In this document: positions 26,503 to 43,318 of the stretch, in pieces | Position numbering within the stretch: position 1 is the stretch's first letter | How the letters are laid out: every line of letters begins with the position of its first letter | Source of the DNA: Eledone cirrhosa | Taxonomy: Eukaryota | Length of the DNA: 64,000 nucleotides | Direction of reading: 5' to 3' | NCBI GenBank assembly: GCA_964016885.1 | Contig: OZ024740.1 | Location: 347,448,001-347,512,000, forward strand | The notes under the pieces: generated by a model | What the model saw: only the letters and a program-made list of their open reading frames with translations | Database searches by the model: none | What the model was told of the DNA's origin: nothing | Translations under genes and position numbers: made by a program

Positions 26503-27900
26503 CTAGCAGCTGAGCCCGGTTGCACCCGGGGCCACTTTTTATTAAGTTAATAATTTGAAAAATATTATTGAAAGTTTATTATAAAGAAGCAGTTTCAGGG
26601 AAAAAAATAGAAATATGCATTTGGGGCTGGACGGCGTACAATGAAAAGTGGGGCGACGTGAAAAGCGTTGTTTATTATCAGCGAAATAGCAATGTCGATA
26701 ATATGCAATTTGAAAAATACTACTTACTGTTAGTGGTGGTTAACATGTATTAGAATTAAAATAAAAACATGCGTCCCTTCTTCGCAATTTCGCCAAGGGG
26801 GCGATACTTGGTTTTAGTGTCCTTAATTATCATCAGTGACATTCAATTATTAGCTCCACCCACTAAACGAAACGTCACGACACGTCATCAGCTGCTGCTG
26901 CTTGATTTTTACATGTTCATTTTCTTACATGCTTCATTTTTACACGAAAAAACATTGAATTTTTAGAATAAATATTTTTATTAAAATATTAACAGAGAAA
27001 ATTAGATTTTTGATATATTTTTTGAACAAAATAAATATTTATTTACAGTTTTTCACAGAAAAACTATGCTTCATTTTTACATGAATATTTATTTACAGTT
27101 TTTGACAGAAAGAAAGTTGCTGCGAAATACATATTTTTTTAACACACGATACGTCACGAAGGTAAATGTTTCGAAAAAATGTTAAACTGTATATCGCAAC
27201 AATATATTGTTTAAAGAAACTTTTTTTCTGTTGTTTAAAACTGTAAATCTGTTTAAAAAAATATATTTAACCGAAACACTATGCTTCATTTTTACATGAA
27301 TATTTATTTACAGTTTTTAACAGAAAAAAAAATTGCTGCGAAATACATTTTTTTTTTAACAGATTTACATTTTTTAACAACAGAAAAAAAAACTTTTTTT
27401 AAACAAAATATTGTTGCGATATACAGTTTAAAATGTTTTCGAAACATTTACCTTCGTGACGTTTCGTGTAGTGGGTGGAGCTAATAATTGAATGTCGATG
27501 ATGATAATTTAGGACACTAAAACCAAGTATCGCCAAGGGTTTTATTTCTTTTGATGGAAAACAGTGACCGTACAGCAGAATCGATTTCATAAAACGGTAC
27601 CGTATGATCGTTAAATGTAGAAGGATGATAGTTTATTAACAGCGAAATAGCAATGTCGATGATTATGAAATTGTAAATAAGACAAAAGTATTAGAACAGG
27701 GGGAAATAACTCACCGAACGCGATAGTTTTGGGGCCCCGGGAACCACATTTTTCAAGTTAGACATTTAACGATCATACGGTACCGTTTTATGAAATCGAT
27801 TCTGCTGTACGGTCACTGTTTTCCATCAAAAGAAATAAAACCCTTGGCGATACTTGGTTTTAGTGTCCTAAATTATCATCATCGACATTCAATTATTATA
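26503..27900 (-). mobile_element. Helitron-type non-autonomous element with nested internal inverted repeats (5' boundary uncertain)
   Basis: 3' end hairpin CCCGG-GTGCAA-CCGGG then CTAG (26506-26503); perfect ~137 bp inverted repeat 27482-27618 / 27762-27898. Confidence 0.55.
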
Positions 27901-28628
27901 TATATATATATATATATAAAGGTAGAACACTGGAAAGAGATATCCGTCGTAGTAGAGCACTCAGTCCATATGAATACCGAGAAAAATAGTTTCACCTTAT
28001 GCGGATCTTCAGCTCGGACTGATAATGCTTATACGGAACAGGAAAAGGGGTAACAACCATATGAACGCGCATGCGCTGAAACGTTGACTTTCCCCAAGCG
28101 ATAAAAATCCACGGTCGAAAGGTGTAAGGGAGATAACATCAACTTTCTCGCCAGTTCGTGTTTAAGGGTTCTTTATCGTCATTTTCACTTTAAAAAGTGG
28201 CTCAAAAATTTTGTTTTTTCATAAATGTAATTTGATTGGTTGTGACTGTCACAATGACTTACATTCATAGAAAAACAACATTTTTGAGCCACTTTTTCTG
28301 CTTGTTCACGTGACTGAATTGACCAAGCAAATTTCACTCATATATGAAAAAACAATCTGAACGCCCTTTTTTCAAAAGGGAAAATACAATAAGAATTTTG
28401 TAACGCGAACTGGCGCGAAATTTATTATACTTATTCACGTGAGAGTAATCAACCAACCAAATTACTTTTCTGAAAAACCTAGCATTTCGAGCCATTATTT
28501 TCCACGTAAAACAGAAGTAACATTCGAACACCAACAAGAAGAACTGTGAAACACGTAAAGGACACAAATAACTATTCTTAAAAAGACTCCAGTTGCATTT
28601 TGGATTTCATCTTTTCTCCTTATATATA

Positions 28629-31460
<2,832 letters not shown>

Positions 31461-32357
31461 TCTTTTCTTTTTAAAGAGTTTCATTTGTTTTCTTAGCTTA
31501 ATATAGTACAGTACATTATTGTTCGTGAATATTTATGTGTGGGATACGGGATTGTGCAAAGAGCATATGACCGAACGCCTAAGAGATTCACTTCTTATTT
31601 CCATGCTTCCATGTTCAGATCGGCCTAATACACTTGAAAATATATAGCCGGTAACTCTATATTGTGGAAGCCCATTGCGTGGATTCTGCTACATAGAGAT
31701 ACGCTACATCTGTTTGAATATTACATTTAGATTATACATAGACATAGAGAATGCTCAGTCGTATGCCCCATATTACAATGACTACATAATATAGGTAGAT
31801 ATAATTCATTATCATAATGTAATGGTTATGTTACTATTGTTTAATCATAAGTTAGACCCATTGAATCAGAACTTCGATCAAAATCATTGCAGCCGTGATC
31901 GCCCCATCATTTTGTCCGACACGTAGAGTAATGCCACTATTAATTGTAATGCCACTGTTTATTCTGATACCACTGTTGATTGTAACTGAGTCTCGTTTGG
32001 GTACTTTTTTAAGCTGCCTCCGGCTGATACTGATCCACATAGCTTTTATGTTGTGGGTCACAGGTGTTGCACGGGTGTGGTTCAAAAATCTTGTAGATTC
32101 ATGTGCGAATTCTCTAACTTTATCACATGCTAGTCTTTGCAAAATCTTATTTTGACTGCTTTCAAATATTCTGTCTGACTTGAGACAATCTTTGTTTATT
32201 TTGTTGGAATTTACACTATGTAATTATTTATATGTATTTTAGAGATGTTCACGTTTAGCACTCATCATAATGACCATCATCATTACCATCATTATCACCA
32301 CTACCTCTATCATCATTATCAGCATCATCACCACCATCATTACTATCATCTTCACCG

Positions 32358-32401
<44 letters not shown>

Positions 32402-32527
32402 TTCATCATTACCATAATCATTATTATTAATATTATTGCAATAAAAATGATAAGGATGACAATGCTGACTATTTTATTTTCAAACTAAAAATGCTTACTT
32501 CCGATGTATCGTTTCGTCCATGAACAG

Positions 32528-32651
32528 GAGCTGTCTTGAACACTGCTACAGCAAAACGCTGTCCAAGGTGTAATTTTGAATATCATCCGGTATGTGGCTC
32601 TGACGGCGTCACTTATGTAAACAGCTGCTTGTTGTTAACGAAGGCTTGCTT
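32528..32651 (+). CDS. Kazal-type serine protease inhibitor exon 2 (Cys I-V)
   Basis: AACAG| acceptor, |GTAAGT donor, phases 1 and 2; [40 protein letters not shown] contains the Kazal signature PVCGSDGxTYxNxC. Confidence 0.92.
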
Positions 32652-32750
32652 GTAAGTATGGGATCTTCATATATAGACGTATACACATCTATTTGGGAAG
32701 TGTAGAGAAAAAGTGCCTTTAGACTTACATAAGTAAGCAGAATTTATATG

Positions 32751-32786
<36 letters not shown>

Positions 32787-33389
32787 TGTGTGCGTGTGTG
32801 TACTGAGAAAGAGAGAAATTGATAGGTAGACAGATAGAATAGATAGATAGATAGATAGAAAGATAGGTGTATATATATAAACAAAGACTACTTGCACCTT
32901 TCTTCATTTAGACATCCGAACATGCAAACCAACATAGCACTGGCAAAAAGGGTCTGGCAGCTAAGAAAAACACATCACATTGAAGGTGTTTTAAATTTCA
33001 ATGTCATATAAAACTTGAAGCAAGAAAATCATCAAGGTTATATATCCCTCTGTTTTTACTGTGAGCTGTAGCAGCGAGATTCTTATAGAATACCAATTAT
33101 GTTTATGAGCTGTTTGAAGTCATTGACATACAGAGCGGTTTCTGGTCCAGGAACAATTAGAAATTTCTTTTAGCGCTCTGAAATATATTTAATAATATAC
33201 TGTATGTTTATCTATGAATTTAAGGTTACGTTCCTGGAGCACCCACGAAGAGTGAAAAACAGCGAATATTGGACGTGGTCCATAAAGATGCCTATAAACG
33301 TCACAATATTACGTAAAATATAATAAAGAACTCCGGAAGATGTTTACGATTCCCCGAATGACCGGGACCGCGAATGCCAGTGGTACGCT

Positions 33390-33434
<45 letters not shown>

Positions 33435-33644
33435 CACATATTTTTTTATCTGTTTGACCCGAATTACTTGGTCGTTTCTATGGCTATGCGGATGACGGTT
33501 TAACCATCGTCTCAGTGTGTTTGGCCTTTAACGTATGTTGTAGCTCTGGTTCATCAGAATTATTGAGCGCTTGCCACACATCTCGGAAGTTGTTTTTCGC
33601 TAATTCCAAGGCCGGAATACGTTTCTCGCTTATATATATATATA

Positions 33645-34936
33645 AATATATAAATGTAAAATTAACACTAAGGACTCAACTTATTCATATATAGGAGCTA
33701 CTTCTAACCAATTTAAAGTAAGATTTAATACCCACAAACTCAGTTTTAAAAATGCCGCATTAGCTAATACAACATCCTTAGCTGAAATAATTAATAATTA
33801 TAGAAAAAAGAATATCGATTATAACCTGACCTGGAGTGTGCTCAAAAGGGCCACCCCTTATCAAAATAATAGATATGAATGTAGATTATGTTCCCAAGAA
33901 CTTTTTGAAATAATGAATCTAAGGATATCCTATTAAATAAGCGACAAGAATTAATTATATCATGTAATCATAAAATTAGAAGAACTTTTAAATATTATAA
34001 ACCTAATTAATATACACTTTACAAATTATTATAACAAATTTTTTTTTAATTAGTTAACCTATAATTAATATTCTACTACTAATGAACTGCATAATTTTAT
34101 TTCCCTTTTACAACTATCTTTTCCTAAAATTTATACCAATAAGTATACATATAAACTATTTTAATTTCAGGTTATGAATCTATATTCCTTGTAATCTATA
34201 TAAATTTGTTATTTCTCACTAATACATTTATCCCCCCACCCCCCACCCCCAACCCCACCAATTATTTTTTTTTTTTTCCCTTCGTTTTTAACAACATTTT
34301 TCAATTACATCTAACTCTTATTTATCATATCTATATGAATTTATATAGATTTATCAATATACCTATCAATTAAATTCATTTATTTTCTTTTTATAGATGT
34401 AAATTCCTTATGTTTTAAATAAGATTGATATTTTTCACTAACACATTTATCGTAAAATTTTATTCTCCTTAGATTTTAACATTAGCATTATTCTTTTATA
34501 ACATCAAATTTTCGTGTACTTTTCACTGGCTTGACCTATTTTCATCCCCAAAATAATCTTTTCATTCAAAATACTCTTTCCATTCAAAACTGAAGTCTGC
34601 TTTCCTCTACCTTTAAATTAAATTTCTATTACTACTATTCTATCATCTTGACCACTTACTACCTTTCTATTGGTCAATTCAAAACCTTTTCCCAAACAGA
34701 CCTATTATATTAAAACTTTGTTGGTTTTTTTTCAATGAACAAATATCATTATTTCTGAAGACAGCATATATATGTGTAGGTATGTATATTCCCTCTGATA
34801 GTTTGTAAACATTTTACATAGATCTATATGATATACATACCAACACAAACATATATATCCTAGAAACGATCGTAAAATGATGAATTTTTTAATATAAGGA
34901 ACTGTTTCTTTGTTTTTTTTCATTATTTTATTAATT

Positions 34937-34940
<4 letters not shown>
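33645..34940 (+). mobile_element. 5'-truncated Penelope-like element, Naiad-type GIY-YIG end + 3'UTR/pLTR
   Basis: IYKCKINTKDSTYSYIGATSNQFKVRFNTH...LTWSVL...CRLCSQE..LLNKRQE...CNH; hammerhead at 34746-34883; ends at (TA)n. Confidence 0.8.
34746..34883 (+). ncRNA. Type I hammerhead ribozyme with ~100 nt stem II insert
   Basis: TCATTATTT-CTGAAGA(34755)...TA-GAAA(34863)-CGATCGT-A-AAATGATGA: 9 bp stem I, GUA triplet. Confidence 0.7.
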
Positions 34941-35030
<90 letters not shown>

Positions 35031-35040
35031 TATATATATA

Positions 35041-35101
<61 letters not shown>

Positions 35102-35119
35102 CATATATACATATATATA

Positions 35120-35155
<36 letters not shown>

Positions 35156-35269
35156 TGTATGTATGTATGTATGTATGTATGTATGAATGTATGTATGTAT
35201 GTATGTATGTATGTATGTATGTATGTATGTATGTATGTATGTACGTATGTATGTATGTATGTATATATC

Positions 35270-35436
35270 AATAGGGGGTTGGACGCCATGCTTTCTAGCA
35301 CAGTTACGTCCCTTTACAGTCTGAGTTCAAATCCCGCCGAGGTTAACTTTCAATCTAGCTAACTTAGTCATTTACAATACAAACACGGATATGTTGGTAT
35401 TTGTGTTTATCAAATATATTTATTTATATTAACTTG

Positions 35437-35525
<89 letters not shown>

Positions 35526-35832
35526 CTTTCATTATTTTAATTGCCGAGGTTAACTTTGCCTTTCATCCTTACGGGGTCGATAAAATAAAGTACCAGTAAT
35601 ACACTGGATATTTGCTGGCCTTGTGCCTAACGTAGAAACAATTATTTTAATTGCCAGTATCGGTAGAGGGTTGGACGCCATGCTTTCTAGAACAGTTACG
35701 TCCCTTTACAGTCTGAGTTCAAATCCCGCCGAGGTTAACTTTGCCTTTCATCTTTACGGTGTCGATAAAATAAAGTACCAGTAATGTACTGGGTAATTGC
35801 TGGCCTTGTGCCTAAAGTAGAAACAATTATTT
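35270..35832 (+). mobile_element. Cluster of tRNA-SINE copies/fragments (35270-35350, 35543-35645, 35650-35832)
   Basis: Same SINE body as 23662-23848. Confidence 0.8.
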
Positions 35833-37294
35833 TACTCTCTAATGGTCATGAAAAGTAAATTAATAGTTATTTTTATATTTTTCAAAAAATATTTATTTTG
35901 TATGTGTATGTGTGTGTGTTTGTGATCGTTTCTGTGTGTTTTCGTGTGTGTGACCATATGCATGTAATCATGTTACCGTTTGTTGTTGTTGTTTTTTATT
36001 ACAGCGAGAAACCGGATCTAGTAATCAAACATGATGGTCCTTGCGACATATAAACCTGCGAATATCTGTGAATATTTTCGAAATAGAGATATATAAATAA
36101 AAAGAGTGAATAAATAAACTGTTTTTGTTCTTTCTAATTCTAAGTAAAATTTATCTATTTGCAAATTGCGTTTAAAATATCATAAAGAATCTAAACTATA
36201 AAAAAGGGAGGAGCGCGGGATTGTGTACGGTTTATAATTGTTTATCCCATTAGTAAAATAAGTTGGATTATTTTGAATAAATAATGAATGAATATTACAT
36301 AATTTATCTACTAAATTTCGTGGCTGTTGATTAAATACATTTTGTTTATTTAAAGATTCACTTCTTTAACATTTCTGAAATGTCAACACTTCCGGTTGGC
36401 GATCGCTTGAATAAACATACTCATTTTCTGTCACTAATTTTTTCCTAATGCAGTTTATATATAATATCGTCTATTTTTAATGTATCATCAATTACTTTAC
36501 TGATTACATAAAGCAGTGTAACACAGTCTTCGTTCAATTTCTGTGTATATTGTCAATTACGATTTTATTTGATGTATCATATCTACATGTATATATACTT
36601 GCGTATAATATCAATATACACACTACACATGCTAGCAGAAAATCACCCTAAGGGTGGTTTTTCTGCTAGTAACGTTAATGGACAAATAAAAAGGAAGATA
36701 GAAATATGGGATGTGAAAGTTCTACATGGCTTGGACAAGTTGACAAAAGCGTTACCTTGGAGATAATTTAAGAGAACCAACTTCATCAGCTATTTCACCT
36801 CAGGAGGCTCCTTAAACAGTTATGGTGCACTCGTTCCAATATTACGGGGTAAACAACTGTCCGGGAACCACGAACAACGAAGAGCTCAATGGCGGCTTGC
36901 ACAAAAAGGAAATGGTCCGTTAATGCCTGGTATTTATTGATCTTTTCCCCCCTTGGTTGTGAATGGTGGACCCAAAATTTGAGGCCGAAGTGATAAGGGT
37001 TGCATTGAAGAGATGGGACGTTCTAGTTGAGGTAATTACCTCCCTGAAACGGGAGTAAACTGGAAAGTGGTATCTGAGATATTAATATTTTCTGACAATA
37101 AAAATACATCAACGTTAAAGTAAAATTCAGGTTCCACAATAGGAGACATTATAACACTAAATGAAGGCAGCTTCGTCTTATAACAAGGAACAGATATAAC
37201 AAAACATAAAAAGTATCAGTGGGATTAATTGAAGTTACGAATCCCTTTGTGTGGTTGATGATAGAATTTGTACATAATCAGGCAACATATACAT

Positions 37295-37758
37295 GATGGT
37301 TGCAAACTCTGCTAAGAGTATTGAAATCGCCTGTTAGATTACAGAGTTCGTTGCACTTTTAGGCTGCAGCCAACCACACGAGCCCGTAACAGATCCTGAA
37401 CAGCAATGCCTGTGCTTTGAAGGTTTGTTAAGTGGGTAAAGTCTTGCACTCGACCAATCCCACTCTCAGAGCATCGAAAAAACTACACCAAAAGAAGAAC
37501 TGGTTAACGTCATCAGATGCTTCCGAAGCTGCAGGTTTTTTTCAGAGTTTTCCTCTCTTAGAAAGGTGTTGTGACAACAACTGGAAGCGTTTCACTCTCA
37601 CGTGAAAAAAAAGTACTAGTCTGATGGCCGTTGACTCCAAATATCCCCCTCCTCACCAAGCAAGCTTTGATGGGGTTGCCGGTTTAGTTGCCGACGTCTC
37701 GACTATGAGACAGGTTATACTTGGTTACATGTTACTAGTAGCATTCGAGAGCGACCTG

Positions 37759-37760
<2 letters not shown>
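37295..37760 (-). mobile_element. RTE-related non-autonomous element (duplicate counterpart of 13969-14435)
   Basis: Sequence and flanks shared with 13969-14435. Confidence 0.55.
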
Positions 37761-37837
<77 letters not shown>

Positions 37838-37998
37838 GAGAGATTAATTCAGGTATAAGTTTTATACTTAAAAAGTGACAAAAAACGACAATATTAAACA
37901 AAACCATATAAAGAACGTCTACTAACGACGATGTCGGTGGGAACCATCTACGACAAGTTAAAACCTTATATTTTGTGTAAACAACTGCACTCCTCATC

Positions 37999-38078
<80 letters not shown>

Positions 38079-38299
38079 GAGACGGGAGAGAGAGATAGAG
38101 AAAGAGAGAGAGAGAGAAATATATAGAAATGATATCAATTATGATGTCACAGGTGTGTGATGAAAGAACTCTGAGAGACTATATTTATATATATATTTTT
38201 AACTGTTGGCCAATTAATGATAAACATTGATTGCCAGCTGAATTAATCATCGAAATATAAAATATAGTGAAGCGAAACCCAACCCCAACCAAACAGTGA

Positions 38300-38480
38300 G
38301 TGGTGAATTGGCAGTATCGGTAGAGGGTTGGACGCCATGCTTTCTGGCATAGTTACGTTCCTTTACCGTCTGAGTTCAAATCCCGTCGAGATAAACTTTC
38401 ATCCTTACGGGTTCGATAAAATAAAGTACCAGTAATGCACTGGGTTATTGCTGGCCTTGTGCCAAAAGTAGAAACAATAT
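38300..38480 (+). mobile_element. tRNA-derived SINE
   Basis: Same family; absent from the duplicate segment at ~15010. Confidence 0.85.
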
Positions 38481-40445
38481 TATAACTACATCACCCTCCC
38501 CAAATACAATATTTGTTTCAATATATTTGTTTCAACGATTTCATATCAAAAACCTTGCAAAACAAATTCATCGCCGATATTTGGAGAGAGTGCAAGTAAA
38601 GCTCTTCAGTACAGGTTGATCACCCTGACAAAAGAATTGAGAGTTGTCAGCGAGGGAAGGAAATAAGTCTATAGATTTGAGATACAAATCAATAAATCTC
38701 ACTGAGACATCGTGCCATTCTAGAGGAAATATGGGGTGAGAAAAAGAATGTCAACCAAGATGCAATGTGGTTAAAAGATCTCCGAACGAACTATTAGCCC
38801 TGCCTTATAGCAAACATGAACAGCATGATGATACACTTGGGTCTGTGTCTGAAAAACTTCAAGATAACAAAGCACCTGGAAGAGATTTGATTGTCGTTAT
38901 TGCTACGAAATGTGACTTTCTATCGGGTTTATCTTATCAACCTCTACCAATAAACTATGGTTGATAATAGCAGAGATAAATTTGACTCCCCAAAATAAAG
39001 ATACCTACTTAGCAACTCAACTCGTGACATATTGCATGCCAGAACCAAATGTATAAAATGATTAAATCTGTCTGAAACTATTTCTCCCGGAAATGTCATC
39101 ACGGATGAGCAAGAGATTGGGCAGAAATTAATTTGAGGGTCTGCTGAGCAGCTCCAAATTAACATCATCAATGATATAAATTGCTTCTAACTAAAACGTA
39201 GACAGGTAGGCAGAGGATTGATATAATCCAAACAGCATTTGCGGGTCGTCTCATATCCATCCGACAACATCTGCGCATCACCAAGCGAAGAAGCTATGTT
39301 ATACAAGTCTGTCTACATGAAACAGATATCATGAGAGTACGGATGGAGCTCCTTGAGAAATCCTCCTTGCATGATTTTCAAAACCTCTAACCCATGGGAA
39401 TAGCACTGCAATACCGCAACGAATTCGTGGATGCTTATCAGCAAAAGTTATGTAAGATTATGTTGCCAGAAAGCTTCAAGTTGAGAGTGATATAGATAAA
39501 CAAAGTAGTCTATCTTGGACCAACAGCCGGCATATTAGTTCTCACTTTAAACGACATGCTTTTGAAATCCAAAAACGTGAAATAAGGACATACCTGATAC
39601 ACAAAATATGTAGGGATGCAGGCGAAACATCTAGATGTGACACAAGATTCAGCGAGGATATCACTCACATCATAAACAGCTATCACCACGAAACTATCTA
39701 CCAATGAGCCATGATGTAGTGACCAATACACTATATAATGCAATGAGTAGAAAGGGTAGTCATGGGAATAAAAATGAAAAGTTACAGTGACGTGGGGGGC
39801 ATATGCTTGCATAACATGAAAGAGTCCTGCTGGAATGTTCCAGTCAAAACCCCAATAAAATGCAAACATAACAGACAAGATACAGTTATATGGAACAGTG
39901 AAATGAAGGCAAGCATAATAGTAGAAATCAGCTGCGCAGCAGATGTCAGTTTAATGCTAAAGATTAATGAAAAGGAGAATGTTTATGCTGAACTAATGTG
40001 AAATCTGCAGACTCTTCTTCTTGACTATATCTTTAGATTTGTACCTGTAATCATTGGGAATCTTGGATATTTTAGCAATTGCTTCAGTACAAATATTGTG
40101 AACCTGGGCTTCATAGAACCAGGATGGGCACGACTAGTTAGGAAGTTGCAATTAGTTGGAACTGTAAAAATAAATGTATCATTTCAGAAATTCAGCAGGT
40201 ATTAAATGGTTATACGTAAGTATAGATTCAGAAATAAATGCAAGTGTACACATATAACTCCAAATATTCAGATGCACACATACAATAATATCTATACCTA
40301 CACACGTGCATACAAACGCATCCAGACATTCATACATATTTACCAAGTTGATGTTGTCTAAGATCCAATGAGTTTTCTTTCTGTTATAAACTAGCTGTCT
40401 CTTTCTATTGGTCAAAATTTATAAAATAATGAAACCAGGTGAACA
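38480..40445 (+). mobile_element. Decayed, internally deleted R4/Dong-type LINE
   Basis: WNVPVKTPIKCKHNRQD..W..VEISC matches the RLE of 44105-44971; 3' end AAACCAGGTGAAC + (ATAC)n. Confidence 0.8.
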
Positions 40446-40454
40446 TACATACAC

Positions 40455-41708
40455 GATGGCTGCCCCCTCGTTATTGAGTATGGCCATTGCACGATATACC
40501 AATATTAATAATTATTAATTAATTCTACGTGCAATGCCTGTGCGTAAACATTTTTTTTTATAGTGAGGAAAGACTACGCTCTTAGCCCATCCTTTTCTCT
40601 GAGTGACAGTAGCTATAACCCGAAAAGAAGAAAAGATCTACATCATCGGTAACTACTGAGCCACAGGTTTTATGTCGGAGTTATCCCAGTTTCCTGAATT
40701 GTCTTCTAGAAGAATGTCCTGATTAAGGCTAGGGGGTCTTTCACTCCCAGTGGTTTAACCGCGTGATCGGATATCAAACCAGACTATTTCTATTTCCCCG
40801 TGCATATACATACACCTGGACATATGCGTATCCACATATACATTTACATACCTATGTACATGTGTATACACATATTTACTCATTTTTGGACGGCCGTTGA
40901 CTCTTATGAGTGCTTCCACCCTTTGTCAGGTTTTATTTTTTGTCCTGCAGGGTGTCCAAAATCACCCTTCTCACCAAGTAAGCTTCGTGGGGTTGCCGGT
41001 TTAGTCGACGACGACCCGACCATGCGACAGGTTATACTGAGTTAAATGTTATCAGTGGTACTCAAGAGTGGCCCGACATACATACATACATACATACATA
41101 CATACATACATACATACATACATACATACATACATACATACATACATACATACATACATACATACATACTTACGTACTTACATACATGATGGTTGCAAAC
41201 TCTGCTACAGTATTGCAATCGCTGGCCAAATTACAGAAAATGGTGCACTTTTAGGCTACGGCCATCCACACGAACCTGTAACAGATCTTGAACAGGCAAT
41301 GCCTGTGCTTTGAAGGATTTTTAAGTGGGGAAAGGCCTTGTACTTGAGCAATCCCACTCCCTGAGCATCGAAAACACTACCCGAAAAGGAGAACTGGTCA
41401 ACATCATCGGATGCTTCCGAAGCCACGGTTTTTTTTGTCAGAGTTTCCCTCTCCTAGAAAAGCGTTGTGACAACAACTGGGGCGCTTTCACTCCCAGGGG
41501 GAAAAAAAGTACTATTTGGATAGCCGTTCACTCTGCTGAGTTCCTCCGCCCTTTGCCGGGTCTTGTATTTTATCCCGCTGGATGTCCAAATATCACACTC
41601 ATCACCAAGCAAGCTTGGTGTGGTTGCCGGTTTAGTCGCCGACGACCCGACCAAGAGACAGGTTGTACTGGGTTACATGTTACCAGTATCACTCGAGAGT
41701 GAACTGAC
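40455..41708 (-). mobile_element. Three stacked RTE-related non-autonomous elements (40455-40790, 40885-41077, 41188-41708) separated by (TACA)n
   Basis: Mutual similarity with 20545-20878, 13969-14435 and 37295-37760. Confidence 0.6.
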
Positions 41709-43134
41709 ATACATACATACATACATACATACATACATACATACATACATACATACATACATACATACATCAGATAAATATTATTAATTGTAAGTCCCCC
41801 ACAACAAACATGGGATCAACAACACGTGCTACAGGTCGCCATGCTACTAGACTTCCTAGCAGCCAGATCGAACAGAGCCTTGAAACAACTATGCCTGTAA
41901 GAAACTTGACACCACCTTACCATCTAATTCTACATCGAATGCTGGGGAAAACACTATCGATAATCATAATAATCGAAGAAATAATAATAATAATCGAAGA
42001 AATTTTACACCACGTGTACCATCCGAGTCAACCTCGACTATTGTGGAAAATACTATCGATAATGATAATAATCAAAAGTATAAACAATTGAAAATTTCCC
42101 TCAACGAAATCTTCCAGAGAGAAATGAATTCATGTATAAATATTTCTCTTGCTGAACGTATTAAAACGACAATGTTTAATAAAAAGACCAAATAATGAAA
42201 TATTACGTGTTATTGACGAAATAGGGGATGAATATTTACGACGGATAAAAACCCCAACATTTTGGCAAATCAACGCCTGTTTTTATGCCTTAGCAACGAC
42301 AGTGAAGCATTATCTTGGTGATAGCAGAGATATTAACAAGAACGGAACACCACCAAAACTACCATCATATATAACTAAAATAGAAAAAAAGATTACTGAC
42401 CTGCGAAAAACCATAGGATATGTGACAACGCTCCTTACAGGCAAACAAACACAAAAAAACTCACTCCTCACGAACAAAGAGTGAAAAATAAAATAGAGAC
42501 GATGTTTGGTAACAGTAGAACCAGCACTCTTCAATATAAACTGATCACCCTCAAACAAGAATTGAGAGCTGTTACCGAAAAACGCCGATACTTGAAGGTA
42601 GATGTGAGAAAGTGCTTAATAAAAGATTCAGACGAAACCAAACATCAGTCTATAGTGATATGAAGAACAAAATGATAAGTGTCACTGAGACCCCATCCCA
42701 GAAAGACAGATTCCTTTTGGAGCAAAATATGGGGTGAAAAGAAGAATTTCAACCAAGGTGCAGTGTGGCTAAGAGAAATCCGAAAGAACTATTGCTCCTA
42801 CACTACAACAAAAACATACGAAATAAGTGAGGGTGCCCTTGCGACTGTGATAGGAAAACTCCAAGATAAGAAAACACCAGGAAGAGACATGATTGTCGGC
42901 TACTGGTACAAAAACTGATATTTATCGGAGGTATCTTACTGACCTCTACCAAGAAGTTCTTAAGGGAGATACATTTATACCAGAATGGTTGACATTAGCA
43001 CAAACCCTACTGGTCCCCAAGAACAAAGACACCCACTTGGCAAAAAACTACCGACCCATTGCATGCCAGAACCTGATGTGTAAGATGTATACAGGCTGCC
43101 TGAACCAATTCCTCCAAGATCACTCTGAAAATAA

Positions 43135-43318
43135 TTATTTCTACTTTTTGGCACAAGGCCAGTAATTATCTCAGTGCATTACTGGTACTTTATCGACCCC
43201 GTAAGGATGAAAGGAAAAGTTAACCTAAGCGGGATTTGAAATCAGACCATAAAAGGCCGTAACTCTTTGCTGCAAAGCATGGCGTCCGACCCTCTACCGA
43301 TACTGCCAATCCACCCAA
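43135..43318 (-). mobile_element. tRNA-derived SINE inside the Dong-type LINE, at a point where part of the RT is missing
   Basis: Reverse complement of the SINE body. Confidence 0.8.

Noticed and set aside
32239-32488. Poly-His / poly-Met ORFs beside the Kazal exon
   Set aside because: (CAT)n microsatellite within the intron
32912-33011. Candidate Kazal exon 3 after TTCATTTAG
   Set aside because: No Cys VI; SSFRHPNMQTNIALAKRVWQLR resembles a Naiad GIY-YIG fragment instead
33460-33562. Minus-strand CTGATGA...GAAAC..GTA hammerhead candidate
   Set aside because: Stem I and stem III pair poorly; not supported enough to call
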